A stretch of DNA of 24,000 nt from Candidatus Micrarchaeia archaeon (GCA_038874185.1 JAVZCX010000005.1:1-24000), one strand, 5' to 3'; positions 14,720 to 23,196 are shown, counted from the stretch's first letter. Notes: generated from the sequence alone by a model not told the origin. A program made the numbers and translations.

Positions 14720-14947
14720 TAAAACACCCTTTAAAAGCCCGATTATAACTCGGCCTTTTTAAATACTTAAATTTATATACCTCGGAAAGTATTTAAACCT
14801 ATTTAAATAGATAAAATTGCTGAGGATCTCATTTAGATATATGTATATTTTTAAACTTATCCTACATATATTATATCAATCTACATATTCGTTAGTATAG
14901 TTAGAATAAATTATAGCTAAATTTTGATAGATTTTTGAAGTGATATT
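14720..14947. promoter_or_regulatory. Divergent promoter region between the single-repeat tbp (minus) and the rpl21e operon (plus)
   Basis: 228-bp spacer with several TTTAAATA-type TATA-like elements and an 11-bp perfect inverted repeat (listed separately). Confidence 0.4.
14758..14797. repeat. Perfect 11-bp inverted repeat TTTAAATACTT / AAGTATTTAAA separated by 18 nt
   Basis: Read directly: 14758-14768 TTTAAATACTT, and its exact reverse complement at 14787-14797. Confidence 0.8.
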
Positions 14948-15232
14948 ATGGTAAAAGCATCAAAAGGAAGAATGAGCAGAAAAAGCAGAGTGCTTGGTAG
15001 AAAATCAACAAAAAGAAAGGTCACAGTAGTAGAACAATTAAAGACAATAAAGATAGGAACAAAGGTACAACTCGTTCCTAATGCTAAGTTCGAAGACTTT
15101 CCACACCCAAGATATGCTGGAAGGGTTGGAATAGTTAAAGGCAAGCAAGGAAACGCTTACATTGTTGAAGTCCAAGACGGAAGCATAAAAAAGAGATTCA
15201 TAACCTCTGCTGTTCATCTAAAGGAATGCTAG
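14948..15232 (+). CDS. rpl21e: 50S ribosomal protein L21e
   Basis: 94 aa. Basic N-terminus MVKASKGRMSRKSR, and FPHPRYAGRVGIVKGKQGNAYIVEV typical of L21e. GTGAT SD upstream. Heads the conserved archaeal L21e-RpoF-DUF655-KsgA neighbourhood. Confidence 0.9.
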   Translation: MVKASKGRMSRKSRVLGRKSTKRKVTVVEQLKTIKIGTKVQLVPNAKFEDFPHPRYAGRVGIVKGKQGNAYIVEVQDGSIKKRFITSAVHLKEC

Positions 15233-15243
15233 ATTAAAAGTAA

Positions 15244-15594
15244 GTGGTTAAAATGATAGGGAAAAAAACGCTTGATGTTAGGGAAGTCACACTTGCAGAA
15301 GTAAAAGAAATCCTTGAAATGCCTAGCGAGGTAGAGATGGGTTTTGAACAGGCGAAAACATTAGAATATGCAAAAAAAATGACTAAATTAAGCAAAGAAA
15401 AGGCAGAGGAAATGGTAACTGAACTTATGAATGAGGTTGCAAAGCTTAATAGAGCAAAGGCAGTAAAGGTAGTTGACTTGATGCCAAAGAAAAAAGAAGA
15501 GATTGATCAAATATTCGCAAAAGAGACTTATTCTTTAACTGAAGAGGAGATCAACAAGATAATTGAGATAGTTGCAAAGTACCAGAAAGAATAA
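15244..15594 (+). CDS. rpoF: DNA-directed RNA polymerase subunit F (Rpo4/RpoF)
   Basis: About 113-116 aa, acidic and helical (TLAEVKEIL ... AKAVKVVDLMP). Its position immediately after rpl21e and before the DUF655 gene matches the conserved archaeal gene order. The track start at 15244 is GTG; the ATG at 15253 is an alternative. Confidence 0.75.
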   Translation: MVKMIGKKTLDVREVTLAEVKEILEMPSEVEMGFEQAKTLEYAKKMTKLSKEKAEEMVTELMNEVAKLNRAKAVKVVDLMPKKKEEIDQIFAKETYSLTEEEINKIIEIVAKYQKE

Positions 15595-15607
15595 CTGGTG
15601 ATTTTTT

Positions 15608-16180
15608 ATGGAAGACTACGGAATTGTAATAGACTATTTGCCATTGGGTAAACCGACCGATATCAAAAGGGAACCGGTTGCTTACCTAGTCGGTGAAAGG
15701 TTCTTTACACTTCTGGAAGTTATAGTAAAAAGAAACGTCTCAATTCAGCTCCATAGTAAGCTATATATAGGAAAAGAATTGAATCAAAGAAATGAAGTAG
15801 AAAGAATAAAAGGAAGAGTTGAATATTCTGAACTTACGGGAGCTGCTAAAAATGAACTGAAAACTGCAATAAAATCAATAGTTAAAAGCAGAGAAAGTGA
15901 TTTTATAAATTTCATAAACAAATGCGGACCTGTAACAATAAGACTGCATCAGCTTGAGCTCCTACCTGGAGTTGGAAAGAAACACCTGGAAGATATAATT
16001 AAAGAGAGAGAAAGTAAGCCTTTTGAAAGCTTTGATGATCTTACAAAAAGAGTTCCTCATCTACTTAATCCAGTAGAAATGATAGCTGAAAGAATAATAA
16101 ATGAAATGAGTGGCAAGGAAAGATATTATTTATTTGTTAAGCCACCTATGCCACCAGCAAGTGATTTTAGAAGACGTTGA
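15608..16180 (+). CDS. DUF655/COG1491 family protein (predicted nucleic-acid-binding, OB-fold plus helix-hairpin-helix)
   Basis: 190 aa. N-terminus EDYGIVIDYLPLGKP and HQLELLPGVGKKHLEDII (HhH-like) are typical of the family. Perfect GGTGAT SD. Sits in the conserved neighbourhood. Confidence 0.85.
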   Translation: MEDYGIVIDYLPLGKPTDIKREPVAYLVGERFFTLLEVIVKRNVSIQLHSKLYIGKELNQRNEVERIKGRVEYSELTGAAKNELKTAIKSIVKSRESDFINFINKCGPVTIRLHQLELLPGVGKKHLEDIIKERESKPFESFDDLTKRVPHLLNPVEMIAERIINEMSGKERYYLFVKPPMPPASDFRRR

Positions 16181-16200
16181 ACAAATAGCTTAGTGATTTT

Positions 16201-16839
16201 ATGGAAAAAAAGAGAATTAAAAGAAAGGAGATCGAGAGAGAAGAGGTTAAAAATAAAGATTCGCAGGAGTCTTTTATTGATTCCTTCAAAAGTATGGTAA
16301 ATTTATTTTTCAATCCTGCAAAGTCTGCTGAATACACATATGAAACAAAGCAAACCATAAAAAATTCGTATTTATTCATTTATTTGTCTTTTTTAGTTTT
16401 TTTAACTTTATTTTTATTGCCTTCCCTTAACATCTTTGGTATTATTCTAGGTGCTTTAGTATTTCTATTTAATGTGTTTTTCATATTGTTAGCTATCGTA
16501 ACAGGTAGTTCATTCATATGGTTATCTGCAAGAATTCTTGATGTAAAAGCAGACTTTGAAAGACAAACTAATTCTATTTTAATATTTTCTACAGTTACAA
16601 TTATTCTAACAATAATTATATTAATAATTTCTTCTATCATTAGAGACCTTATTTTATTTAGTTTGTTAGTCTTTATCTATGGAATATATGGTATAATTTC
16701 AATAGTCAAGAACAACAACAACATTTCATGGATAAAGGCATTAATGATTATTGTATGGCCGATAATAGTACTTTTAATTTCATACATCTTTCTTTATGCA
16801 GTTACAAAAATTTTAATGCCATACAATGTTTCTTTTTAA
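16201..16839 (+). CDS. Small polytopic membrane protein (possibly Yip1-domain-like)
   Basis: 212 aa. Charged N-terminus (KRIKRKEIEREEVKNKD), then FFNPAKSAEY, then about five hydrophobic spans. GTGAT SD. The Yip1-like assignment is a guess from architecture only. Confidence 0.55.
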   Translation: MEKKRIKRKEIEREEVKNKDSQESFIDSFKSMVNLFFNPAKSAEYTYETKQTIKNSYLFIYLSFLVFLTLFLLPSLNIFGIILGALVFLFNVFFILLAIVTGSSFIWLSARILDVKADFERQTNSILIFSTVTIILTIIILIISSIIRDLILFSLLVFIYGIYGIISIVKNNNNISWIKALMIIVWPIIVLLISYIFLYAVTKILMPYNVSF

Positions 16840-16854
16840 TAAAATGTAGATAAG

Positions 16855-17634
16855 ATGTACAATAAAAGAAAACACTTTGGCCAGCATATGCTGGAGAATG
16901 AAGAGACACTTAAATACGAAGTAGAGATGCTGCAACCTAAAGGAAAAGTAGTGCTTGAGATTGGTGGAGGTACTGGAAACCTTAGCAGATTGGTTGCAGA
17001 GACTGCAAAGCACCTTGTTATTATTGAAAAAGATTTCAGCTTTGCAGATTCCCTTAAATTTTTATTCAAGAAAAAAAAGAATGTTACAGTCATAGAAGCT
17101 GACTTCTTAGATTTGAATGAAAAGGAGATTCTAAAAGAATCAAAGCAAAAGAGGATAGATCTGATAATAAGCAATGTTCCATATTCTATATCCTCTCCGC
17201 TTCTTTTCAAGCTTAAGGAATTTAATTTTGAAAAGGCTGTTCTCTGCCTGCAGAAGGAATTTGTAGACAGAATGATTGCAAAGCCTGGTGAAAAGGATTG
17301 GTCAAGATTAAGTGTGATGACTAATTATTACTTCAAGCCGATATATCTAAAGAAAGTTCCTAAAGGAAGCTTTAAACCAGTACCTGAAGTTGATTCTGCA
17401 ATTATTATGCTGTTCAAAAGAGAAAAAACAGATAACTCTGAATTCGATAAATTCATAGAACGGCTATTTTCACATAGGAAAAAAACTCTAGGTGCAGCTG
17501 CAAAGGCAAAGGAGATAATGGATGAGTATCCAAAATTAATTTTGGTGGCTGAAAAACTCGGTATGCAAAAAAGAAGAGTATTCACATTAACGATAGAAGA
17601 ATTGGAAATGGTTCATTCAATGTTAAAAGAATAA
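16855..17634 (+). CDS. rsmA: 16S rRNA (adenine1518/1519-N6)-dimethyltransferase RsmA/KsgA (Dim1)
   Basis: Motifs FGQHML, LEIGGGTGNLS (SAM-binding), SNVPYSISSPLLF, QKEFVDRMIA, WSRLSVM and FKPVPEVDSAII all match the KsgA/Dim1 family. Confidence 0.92.
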   Translation: MYNKRKHFGQHMLENEETLKYEVEMLQPKGKVVLEIGGGTGNLSRLVAETAKHLVIIEKDFSFADSLKFLFKKKKNVTVIEADFLDLNEKEILKESKQKRIDLIISNVPYSISSPLLFKLKEFNFEKAVLCLQKEFVDRMIAKPGEKDWSRLSVMTNYYFKPIYLKKVPKGSFKPVPEVDSAIIMLFKREKTDNSEFDKFIERLFSHRKKTLGAAAKAKEIMDEYPKLILVAEKLGMQKRRVFTLTIEELEMVHSMLKE

Positions 17635-17640
17635 ATAATA

Positions 17641-17662
17641 AAATATCTATCAAATATCTATC
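17641..17662. repeat. 2 x 11-bp tandem repeat AAATATCTATC just downstream of the rsmA stop
   Basis: Read directly: copies at 17641-17651 and 17652-17662. Confidence 0.8.
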
Positions 17663-17694
17663 AATTTAATTCTATTGGCATTTGATAATCTGGC

Positions 17695-17727
17695 TTAACT
17701 TACTATTAACTTACTATTAACTTACTA
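17695..17727. repeat. 3 x 11-bp tandem repeat TTAACTTACTA overlapping the lysK stop codon
   Basis: Copies at 17695-17705, 17706-17716 and 17717-17727. The third copy contains the lysK stop and last codons (minus strand). A 17-bp direct repeat TAATTCTATT(G/A)GCATTT flanks the array at 17667-17683 and 17726-17742. Confidence 0.8.
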
Positions 17728-19270
17728 ATTCTATTAGCATTTTCTTTACTTTACCTGGACCTATGGCATGAATAAGCTTTCCTAACTTAGGACCCCTATC
17801 CTTGCCTATCAATGCAGTATATAATGTCTTAAAGAAATCCTTAGGCTCTATTCCTAATGATTTAGCTGTATCAAAAACAAGATTATGTATTGCAAGTTGG
17901 TCCATTTTATCATCAAGCCTCTCTGCAAACTCTTTTATTCCTCTTATATCTGATGGTTTTTTCGGATTTATTGAGAATGAATAGTCCTCAGGCACATACC
18001 CGTTCTCTATCCAATAAATAATATATGGCTTTATGTATTCCACTCCTTCCGGATCATCAAAAAGAGACTTCACCCTTTCCCAATCTCTGTATATCTGATA
18101 GTAAAGAAGAATGTCCAAGAATTTTGCCTTCCATTTTCTTTCACCGCTTATCTCATAAGCAATTCTTTTCTTTCTATCCGCCCTGCTAAGTGTTTCCTTT
18201 GGCTGTGAAAGAGTGCTTGCATATTCATAATCCTCGAATATAAGAAGCATGTTCTGACCTGTAGGATCGAAGTTCTTATCCTCCTGTGAATCTGACCTGT
18301 ATATGAAATATTTGATTACTTCTGGTGGCATTAGCTTTAGAACTGTATTAACATCCAAACCTATTCCTTTTGATTTGGAATACTTCTTTCCTCCTAAAAG
18401 GAAAAATCCGAATCTGTAGAAAAATGGTGGCTTTCTACCTAGTATCTTTTCATGCATTTCCCTTGCAGTATCTGCTGACCCTCCTCTAGTGGCATGATCC
18501 TTTCCAAAACCTTCTATTGTGACATTAAGGAAATCCTGTCTTGAAGGCCATTCTACTCTCCAAACTAGCTTGTATTGGTGATCGCTTATCCTTGCCTTTC
18601 CTTCATGACCGCATCCTTTTGTATACTCAACATCCTTATTGCACTTATAGTAATAATATTCTCCATCAAAACCAGTAACTGTACAGGTAGATATCTTTCC
18701 GCATTTTTCACATATCGGAGCTATTGGAGACCAGTTTTCCCATTCTTTGCCCTCTTTTTTTCTCAAAGAAGATTCGAAAACAACATCTCTAACCTTCTCA
18801 CGCTCATTCAGATATTTTATTGCATACTTATCATAGAGTCCTTTTGCATAAAGATCGCTGTTTCTCACTATCTCTGGATTGACCTTGAATCTCTTCATTA
18901 GATCTGCTGCCTCAGAAAGAAAATGATCCCCGTAAGAGGCATGGCAGCCGAATGGATCTGGGACATGTACAAGAGGCTTCCCTAAATGTGGCTCTAAAAC
19001 ATCCTTGAACTGTTCTAATGGTTTAGGAATTGAGTCAAAGGCATCCATTATGTCTCCAATGAATATGAATCTGACATCATAGCCGTTATTTTTGAAGTAT
19101 GTCACAATTGCATTTGGGTATATGAATTCGCTTGCAGTTCCTATATGGGTAGGTCCGCTAGTTGTTATACCTGATGCAACTACAAATGGTGGTTTAGTGG
19201 ATGATAATATCTCTTTTACTAATACTGAAACCCAGTGTTCTGATATTTTATCTTCTTTTATTTCTTGCAT
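17717..19270 (-). CDS. lysK: Lysine--tRNA ligase, class I (archaeal type)
   Basis: 517 aa. HIGH-like motif SGPTHIGTASE, KMSKS-like motif KYSKSKG and a Cys cluster (CEKCGK ... C). Overall length is typical of class I LysRS. GTGAT SD upstream. Confidence 0.9.
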   Translation of the reverse strand: MQEIKEDKISEHWVSVLVKEILSSTKPPFVVASGITTSGPTHIGTASEFIYPNAIVTYFKNNGYDVRFIFIGDIMDAFDSIPKPLEQFKDVLEPHLGKPLVHVPDPFGCHASYGDHFLSEAADLMKRFKVNPEIVRNSDLYAKGLYDKYAIKYLNEREKVRDVVFESSLRKKEGKEWENWSPIAPICEKCGKISTCTVTGFDGEYYYYKCNKDVEYTKGCGHEGKARISDHQYKLVWRVEWPSRQDFLNVTIEGFGKDHATRGGSADTAREMHEKILGRKPPFFYRFGFFLLGGKKYSKSKGIGLDVNTVLKLMPPEVIKYFIYRSDSQEDKNFDPTGQNMLLIFEDYEYASTLSQPKETLSRADRKKRIAYEISGERKWKAKFLDILLYYQIYRDWERVKSLFDDPEGVEYIKPYIIYWIENGYVPEDYSFSINPKKPSDIRGIKEFAERLDDKMDQLAIHNLVFDTAKSLGIEPKDFFKTLYTALIGKDRGPKLGKLIHAIGPGKVKKMLIELVS

Positions 19271-19337
19271 AAAATCACTTGATAGTTAGAATATAATATA
19301 TAAGTAATAAAATTTAAACTTATCTCAATAATTTATA
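19271..19337. promoter_or_regulatory. Divergent promoter region between lysK (minus) and pus10 (plus)
   Basis: 67-bp AT-rich spacer between head-to-head genes, with TATA-like ATATAATATATAAG. Confidence 0.4.
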
Positions 19338-20456
19338 ATGATGATAAAATTTGTAATGCCTAAAGTATGTAAAAGATGCTGGAACAGGAATGGATTCTCT
19401 AAAGTCAGCTCTGAATTCATAGAAAATGAACAGGAATGCAAACTTTGCAATGGTTGTTTCCTGAACTTGAATGAAACAGCAGATAAAATAATAAAAGAAT
19501 TAGAATCAATTCCAGGGATACGGACATTTAGCATAGGAACAAGTATACCAAAGGAATCAGAGGTTATAGAGGAAAAAATCTGGGATTTTGCTGACTTTAG
19601 AAAATGGAAAAGCATAAAACCTGAATTAAACACTGAATTAGGAAAGATAATAGAAAAGAAAACGAAATACAAATTCAGTCCAGATCCTGATGTAAGAATT
19701 ATATATGATATTAAAAATAAGAAAATATCAAAGCACATATCCTCTGTTTATCTATATGGAAAATATAATAAGCTTCAAAGAGGAATAAGACAAACAAAGA
19801 AGGAGGATGCAAAAGAGGAATCGATTGAAGGACTGATAGAGAGAACCTTGATAAAAGAGATTGGCACTGAAAAAAGCAAGGCAATTTTGCATGGTAGCGG
19901 CAGGGAGGATATAGATGTATTAATGTTGGGCGATGGAAGACCTTTTGTAATGGAAGTGACTAATCCAAGAAAAAGAGTATTAAATGAAAAGGAAATTAAA
20001 AAAATCAACAACATTATAAATAAAATTAATAAAAGAAAAATAAGGGTAGCATTTGAAAGAGTGGTGGAGAAAGAATTAGTAGAAGTAATAAAGAGAGCTA
20101 AATTTGACAAGGAATACGAAGCGATAGTGAATCTAGAAAAACCCATTGACAAGAATGAAATTTCTAAACTACCTAAAAGTGTTTTATTAATGCAAAGAAC
20201 CCCTAAAAGAGTGCTTATAAGACGGTCTGATCTCATTAGGAAAAGAAGAATAAAGATGCTTAAACCAGAATGGATTGACAGCCATACAATAAAACTGCAT
20301 ATGCTATCTGAATCCGGTACTTATATTAAAGAATTCATAAGTGGAGATGATGGAAGAACGCAACCTAGCATATCCTCGCTTCTTAAGACAAATGCTACAT
20401 GCAAGCAGCTAAACGTGATTTCTATCCATAGCGAATGGCTGGATGATTTCTGGTGA
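19338..20456 (+). CDS. pus10: tRNA pseudouridine(54/55) synthase Pus10
   Basis: 372 aa. N-terminal zinc-ribbon cysteines (CKRCWNR ... CKLCNGC) and the catalytic block HGSGREDIDVLMLGDGRPFVMEV characteristic of Pus10. The true start may be the internal ATG giving MPKVCKRC. Confidence 0.9.
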   Translation: MMIKFVMPKVCKRCWNRNGFSKVSSEFIENEQECKLCNGCFLNLNETADKIIKELESIPGIRTFSIGTSIPKESEVIEEKIWDFADFRKWKSIKPELNTELGKIIEKKTKYKFSPDPDVRIIYDIKNKKISKHISSVYLYGKYNKLQRGIRQTKKEDAKEESIEGLIERTLIKEIGTEKSKAILHGSGREDIDVLMLGDGRPFVMEVTNPRKRVLNEKEIKKINNIINKINKRKIRVAFERVVEKELVEVIKRAKFDKEYEAIVNLEKPIDKNEISKLPKSVLLMQRTPKRVLIRRSDLIRKRRIKMLKPEWIDSHTIKLHMLSESGTYIKEFISGDDGRTQPSISSLLKTNATCKQLNVISIHSEWLDDFW

Positions 20457-20518
20457 AACCTTCTCTCTCCTATAAGTTTGAAGTAGAAGATAGAATTATT
20501 AAAGATTGTATATAAAAT

Positions 20519-20549
20519 AGTGATATTAATTGAATAAGAGTGATATTAA
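20519..20549. repeat. 11-bp direct repeat AGTGATATTAA x2 (period 20 bp) upstream of the A24 peptidase gene
   Basis: Copies at 20519-20529 and 20539-20549, ending 19 bp before the ATG at 20568. Confidence 0.75.
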
Positions 20550-20567
20550 CCGATTGAGGGTGCAAAA

Positions 20568-21374
20568 ATGATAGAGATTATTAGAATATTGATTGCATTG
20601 GCAGGAACTGGAATTGCTGCTTATTATGATATTTTCAATAAAAAGAATGTACCTGAGCTATTTCTTTACTCATTCCTTGGAATTTCATTACTTTTGAATA
20701 TATTTGATTATTCATTGTTTTTAAAATTCCTTCCGATTGCAATTCCCTTGGTACTTGTGCTTTATATATTGTATCTTAATGGACAGATTGGTGGCGCAGA
20801 TGTTATAGTATTGGCAGCAATATACTCTGCATTGCCTGCATTTCCACTGGATGAAAATCAATTCGTTCCTTCTTCATTGATGGTTCTTGCAATTGCTACT
20901 GTGCTTGCTTCCGTATGGATTATGATAAAATACTTCCCAAGAATTATCAAGAGATTTAATGAAGGAAAGATGAAAATAAATCTGTGGCAAGCACTCCAGA
21001 TCATATTGCTCTTATTTTCATTTGCTCTATTAATTTATATGTTTATGTTATTCCCATTCCTGCCTGCTTGGTTGCTTTTGGTTTCAGGAATACTTTTCTT
21101 TGAATCTATATTCTTTATAATTTCAAAAGAACAGCTGATGCAAGAAATGGTAGTCATGAAGAAAAAGATAGAACCTGAAGATGTAATTGCAATAGAAATG
21201 TTGGACAAAAAAATTATAGAAAGATACAAAATAAAAAGACTAAGTGACGAGAAGCAGGCAAAGATGCTAAGCAAAACAGGAAGGAAATGGCCTGTCCTGG
21301 ATATGCCTATGTTTCTTCCATTCATATTAATCGGCCTGATTATTTATATATTGGCTGGCGTTTCTCTTATATAA
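20568..21374 (+). CDS. Peptidase A24 family (archaeal prepilin/preflagellin peptidase-like, FlaK/PibD/EppA type)
   Basis: 268-aa polytopic protein with two candidate catalytic Asp at family-typical positions. D21 lies in AAYYDIFNKK at the end of TM1. D78 lies in GQIGGADVIVLAAI, a GxGD-like motif. GAGGGTG SD upstream. Confidence 0.7.
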   Translation: MIEIIRILIALAGTGIAAYYDIFNKKNVPELFLYSFLGISLLLNIFDYSLFLKFLPIAIPLVLVLYILYLNGQIGGADVIVLAAIYSALPAFPLDENQFVPSSLMVLAIATVLASVWIMIKYFPRIIKRFNEGKMKINLWQALQIILLLFSFALLIYMFMLFPFLPAWLLLVSGILFFESIFFIISKEQLMQEMVVMKKKIEPEDVIAIEMLDKKIIERYKIKRLSDEKQAKMLSKTGRKWPVLDMPMFLPFILIGLIIYILAGVSLI

Positions 21375-21381
21375 AAATGAG

Positions 21382-22170
21382 ATGGGAAAAATGCAAATTT
21401 TATATTCAATAGCAGATCCAGCAGGAGTTAATATAGCAAGAAGCCTAAAATCTATTATTGAAAAAGGAGACTCAGATATTTCTGAAAAGAATTTAACTGA
21501 GGTTAAGGAATCCTTACTCTATTCAGATGATTTAGTTAGAAAAATAGAGGATGAATTTATTTTATTTGCAAGCAAACATAAAAGCGAAAGCGGAAAGCCT
21601 TCTTTTACAGTTCATGTTCCTGGAAATTGGGGAAAGGCTGAGATGGGGGGAAAAGATAAAGAAATTTCTTTTAGTGATCCAATAAGAATGAAAACTATAA
21701 TTACTCTTCTTAATGAGAGAAACAAGCAAATGAAACTTGATATGGATACATCAATGGAAGTCGATCATCATGGTCCATTTTGCATGAGGCCATGCGCTTT
21801 TGTTGAAATCGGAAGTAGCGAAAAAGAATGGAAAAATGACAAATATGCAGAGCTCGTAGCTGAGATAATAAATGAATTTGAAGAATACATGGAAAAAATA
21901 GAAGTTAAAGAAATCTCTTTAGGTGTCGGTGGCGGGCATTACTGCCCTGCTTTTAATAAACATGAGATAGAAGGAAAAATTGCATTTGCACACCTCATCC
22001 CAAATTACGCAGTAGACAGTCTTGAGTATCCAACATTCACACATGCATTTGAAAGATCTTCTGAAGAAGTTGAAAATGTATACATAGATTGGAAAGGATT
22101 AAAGCAAGGGCAAAGGAAAAAAATAATTGAATTCTGCAACGAATATGGAGTAGAATATAAAAGAATATAA
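21382..22170 (+). CDS. dtdA: D-aminoacyl-tRNA deacylase, archaeal type (DTD2/DtdA)
   Basis: 262 aa. Contains ILYSIADPAGVNIA, VDHHGP and GVGGGHYCP, blocks typical of the archaeal tRNA_deacylase family. The start may be the ATG at 21391. Confidence 0.8.
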   Translation: MGKMQILYSIADPAGVNIARSLKSIIEKGDSDISEKNLTEVKESLLYSDDLVRKIEDEFILFASKHKSESGKPSFTVHVPGNWGKAEMGGKDKEISFSDPIRMKTIITLLNERNKQMKLDMDTSMEVDHHGPFCMRPCAFVEIGSSEKEWKNDKYAELVAEIINEFEEYMEKIEVKEISLGVGGGHYCPAFNKHEIEGKIAFAHLIPNYAVDSLEYPTFTHAFERSSEEVENVYIDWKGLKQGQRKKIIEFCNEYGVEYKRI

Positions 22171-22209
22171 AATAATGATAGTTAATGGTAGTAATAAGCT
22201 AGTGATACG

Positions 22210-23085
22210 ATGATAGAGAATTTTATCCAAGATTATTTCATTAATCCAATAATAGAACACACTGGGTATAATATCGTTAATACTCTCTTTTATGCAGTTA
22301 TTGCAATAGTTGCAGCTTTTTTAGTATACAAGAAATTCAAAAAATACTTTACAAAAGAACTTATTATCTATACTATTCCGTTCATAATATTGGGATCAAC
22401 TGTTAGAGTTATCACAGATGCTACAGAAGCAGGCATTGATTGGAGCGGACATCAATTCTATTGGCTTTTTGGTCCCTTTCTTAACAGTGGAATATATAAC
22501 TATGGATTTCTTACAGCCACACCTGGGATATATGTAATTATAGGATTGATAACAATATTTTCGCTGTATATAAGCATCAGACTTAAACAGCCTAAAATTT
22601 ATCCTGCAATAGGTATATTGTTGTGTCTTCCTCACTTAATTGTTGTATTAAGTATGATTCAAGACCCTACTTATCTAATAACTATATTGGCTCTTTCAGG
22701 AATGATTATGGTTTTTTCACATCTTATAATGGAAAGATATAAATTAAATAAAATACTTCCAAGAATCGCAGTTGCAGCCCATACTATTGATGGTGTTTCA
22801 AGCTTTGTTGCCATAGAGATCTTCAATAGATTTTCTCCTCTTTGCACAGAAAAAGGAATCTGTTATTTTGGCCAGCATGTAGTAGAAAGGTTCTTTAGCG
22901 AAATCATTGTTTATGGAACAATAATTTATCTATTCATAAAGGTGCTCTTTGCTATTTTCGCCTCTTTAATTATAGAAAGAGAGGCTGAAAATGAAAACGA
23001 AAGATATTTTCTATATCTTCTCATAATCATATTCGGTCTTGCACCAGGAATAAGAAATCTTTTGAGAGTAACTCTTGGAATATAA
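22210..23085 (+). CDS. Polytopic membrane protein, probably DUF63 family
   Basis: 291 aa with about 7 hydrophobic spans. The AAHTIDGVSSFVAIE block resembles the His/Asp block I recall for archaeal DUF63 proteins. GTGAT SD. The family call is from memory and unverified. Confidence 0.5.
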   Translation: MIENFIQDYFINPIIEHTGYNIVNTLFYAVIAIVAAFLVYKKFKKYFTKELIIYTIPFIILGSTVRVITDATEAGIDWSGHQFYWLFGPFLNSGIYNYGFLTATPGIYVIIGLITIFSLYISIRLKQPKIYPAIGILLCLPHLIVVLSMIQDPTYLITILALSGMIMVFSHLIMERYKLNKILPRIAVAAHTIDGVSSFVAIEIFNRFSPLCTEKGICYFGQHVVERFFSEIIVYGTIIYLFIKVLFAIFASLIIEREAENENERYFLYLLIIIFGLAPGIRNLLRVTLGI

Positions 23086-23196
23086 TCGATCTTTATAAAT
23101 AGACAGGCAAAACACAATTAATAAAGCGACTATTCTAAATCATTTTTAGAAATGTCTAAAAAGATAGATTTTTAAGATTCACAATCATAGAATAAA

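Noticed and set aside
16167-17585. Antisense ORFs opposite the Yip1-like gene and rsmA (16167-16379, 16380-16640, 16813-17013, 16836-17210, 17328-17585)
   Set aside because: The sense strand carries strong KsgA motifs and a coherent TM protein. The antisense products have no recognisable features.
19325-20236. Antisense ORFs 19325-19738 (137 aa) and 19775-20236 (153 aa) opposite pus10
   Set aside because: The plus-strand frame carries unmistakable Pus10 motifs. The antisense translations are low-complexity (S/F/L/I-rich), as is typical of shadow ORFs in AT-rich DNA.
3824-20549. Short direct or tandem repeats (3824-3859, 17641-17727, 20519-20549, 2373-2412) as a CRISPR array or mobile-element termini
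   Set aside because: There are only 2-3 copies of 11-16 bp units, with no unique spacers of CRISPR size. No cas, transposase or integrase genes are present, and there are no matching inverted termini flanking a gene block.
23130-23155. Hairpin TTCTAAA-tcatt-TTTAGAA downstream of the DUF63-like gene as a terminator
   Set aside because: It is a 7-bp all-A/T stem in AT-rich DNA, likely to occur by chance, and archaeal termination does not require hairpins.
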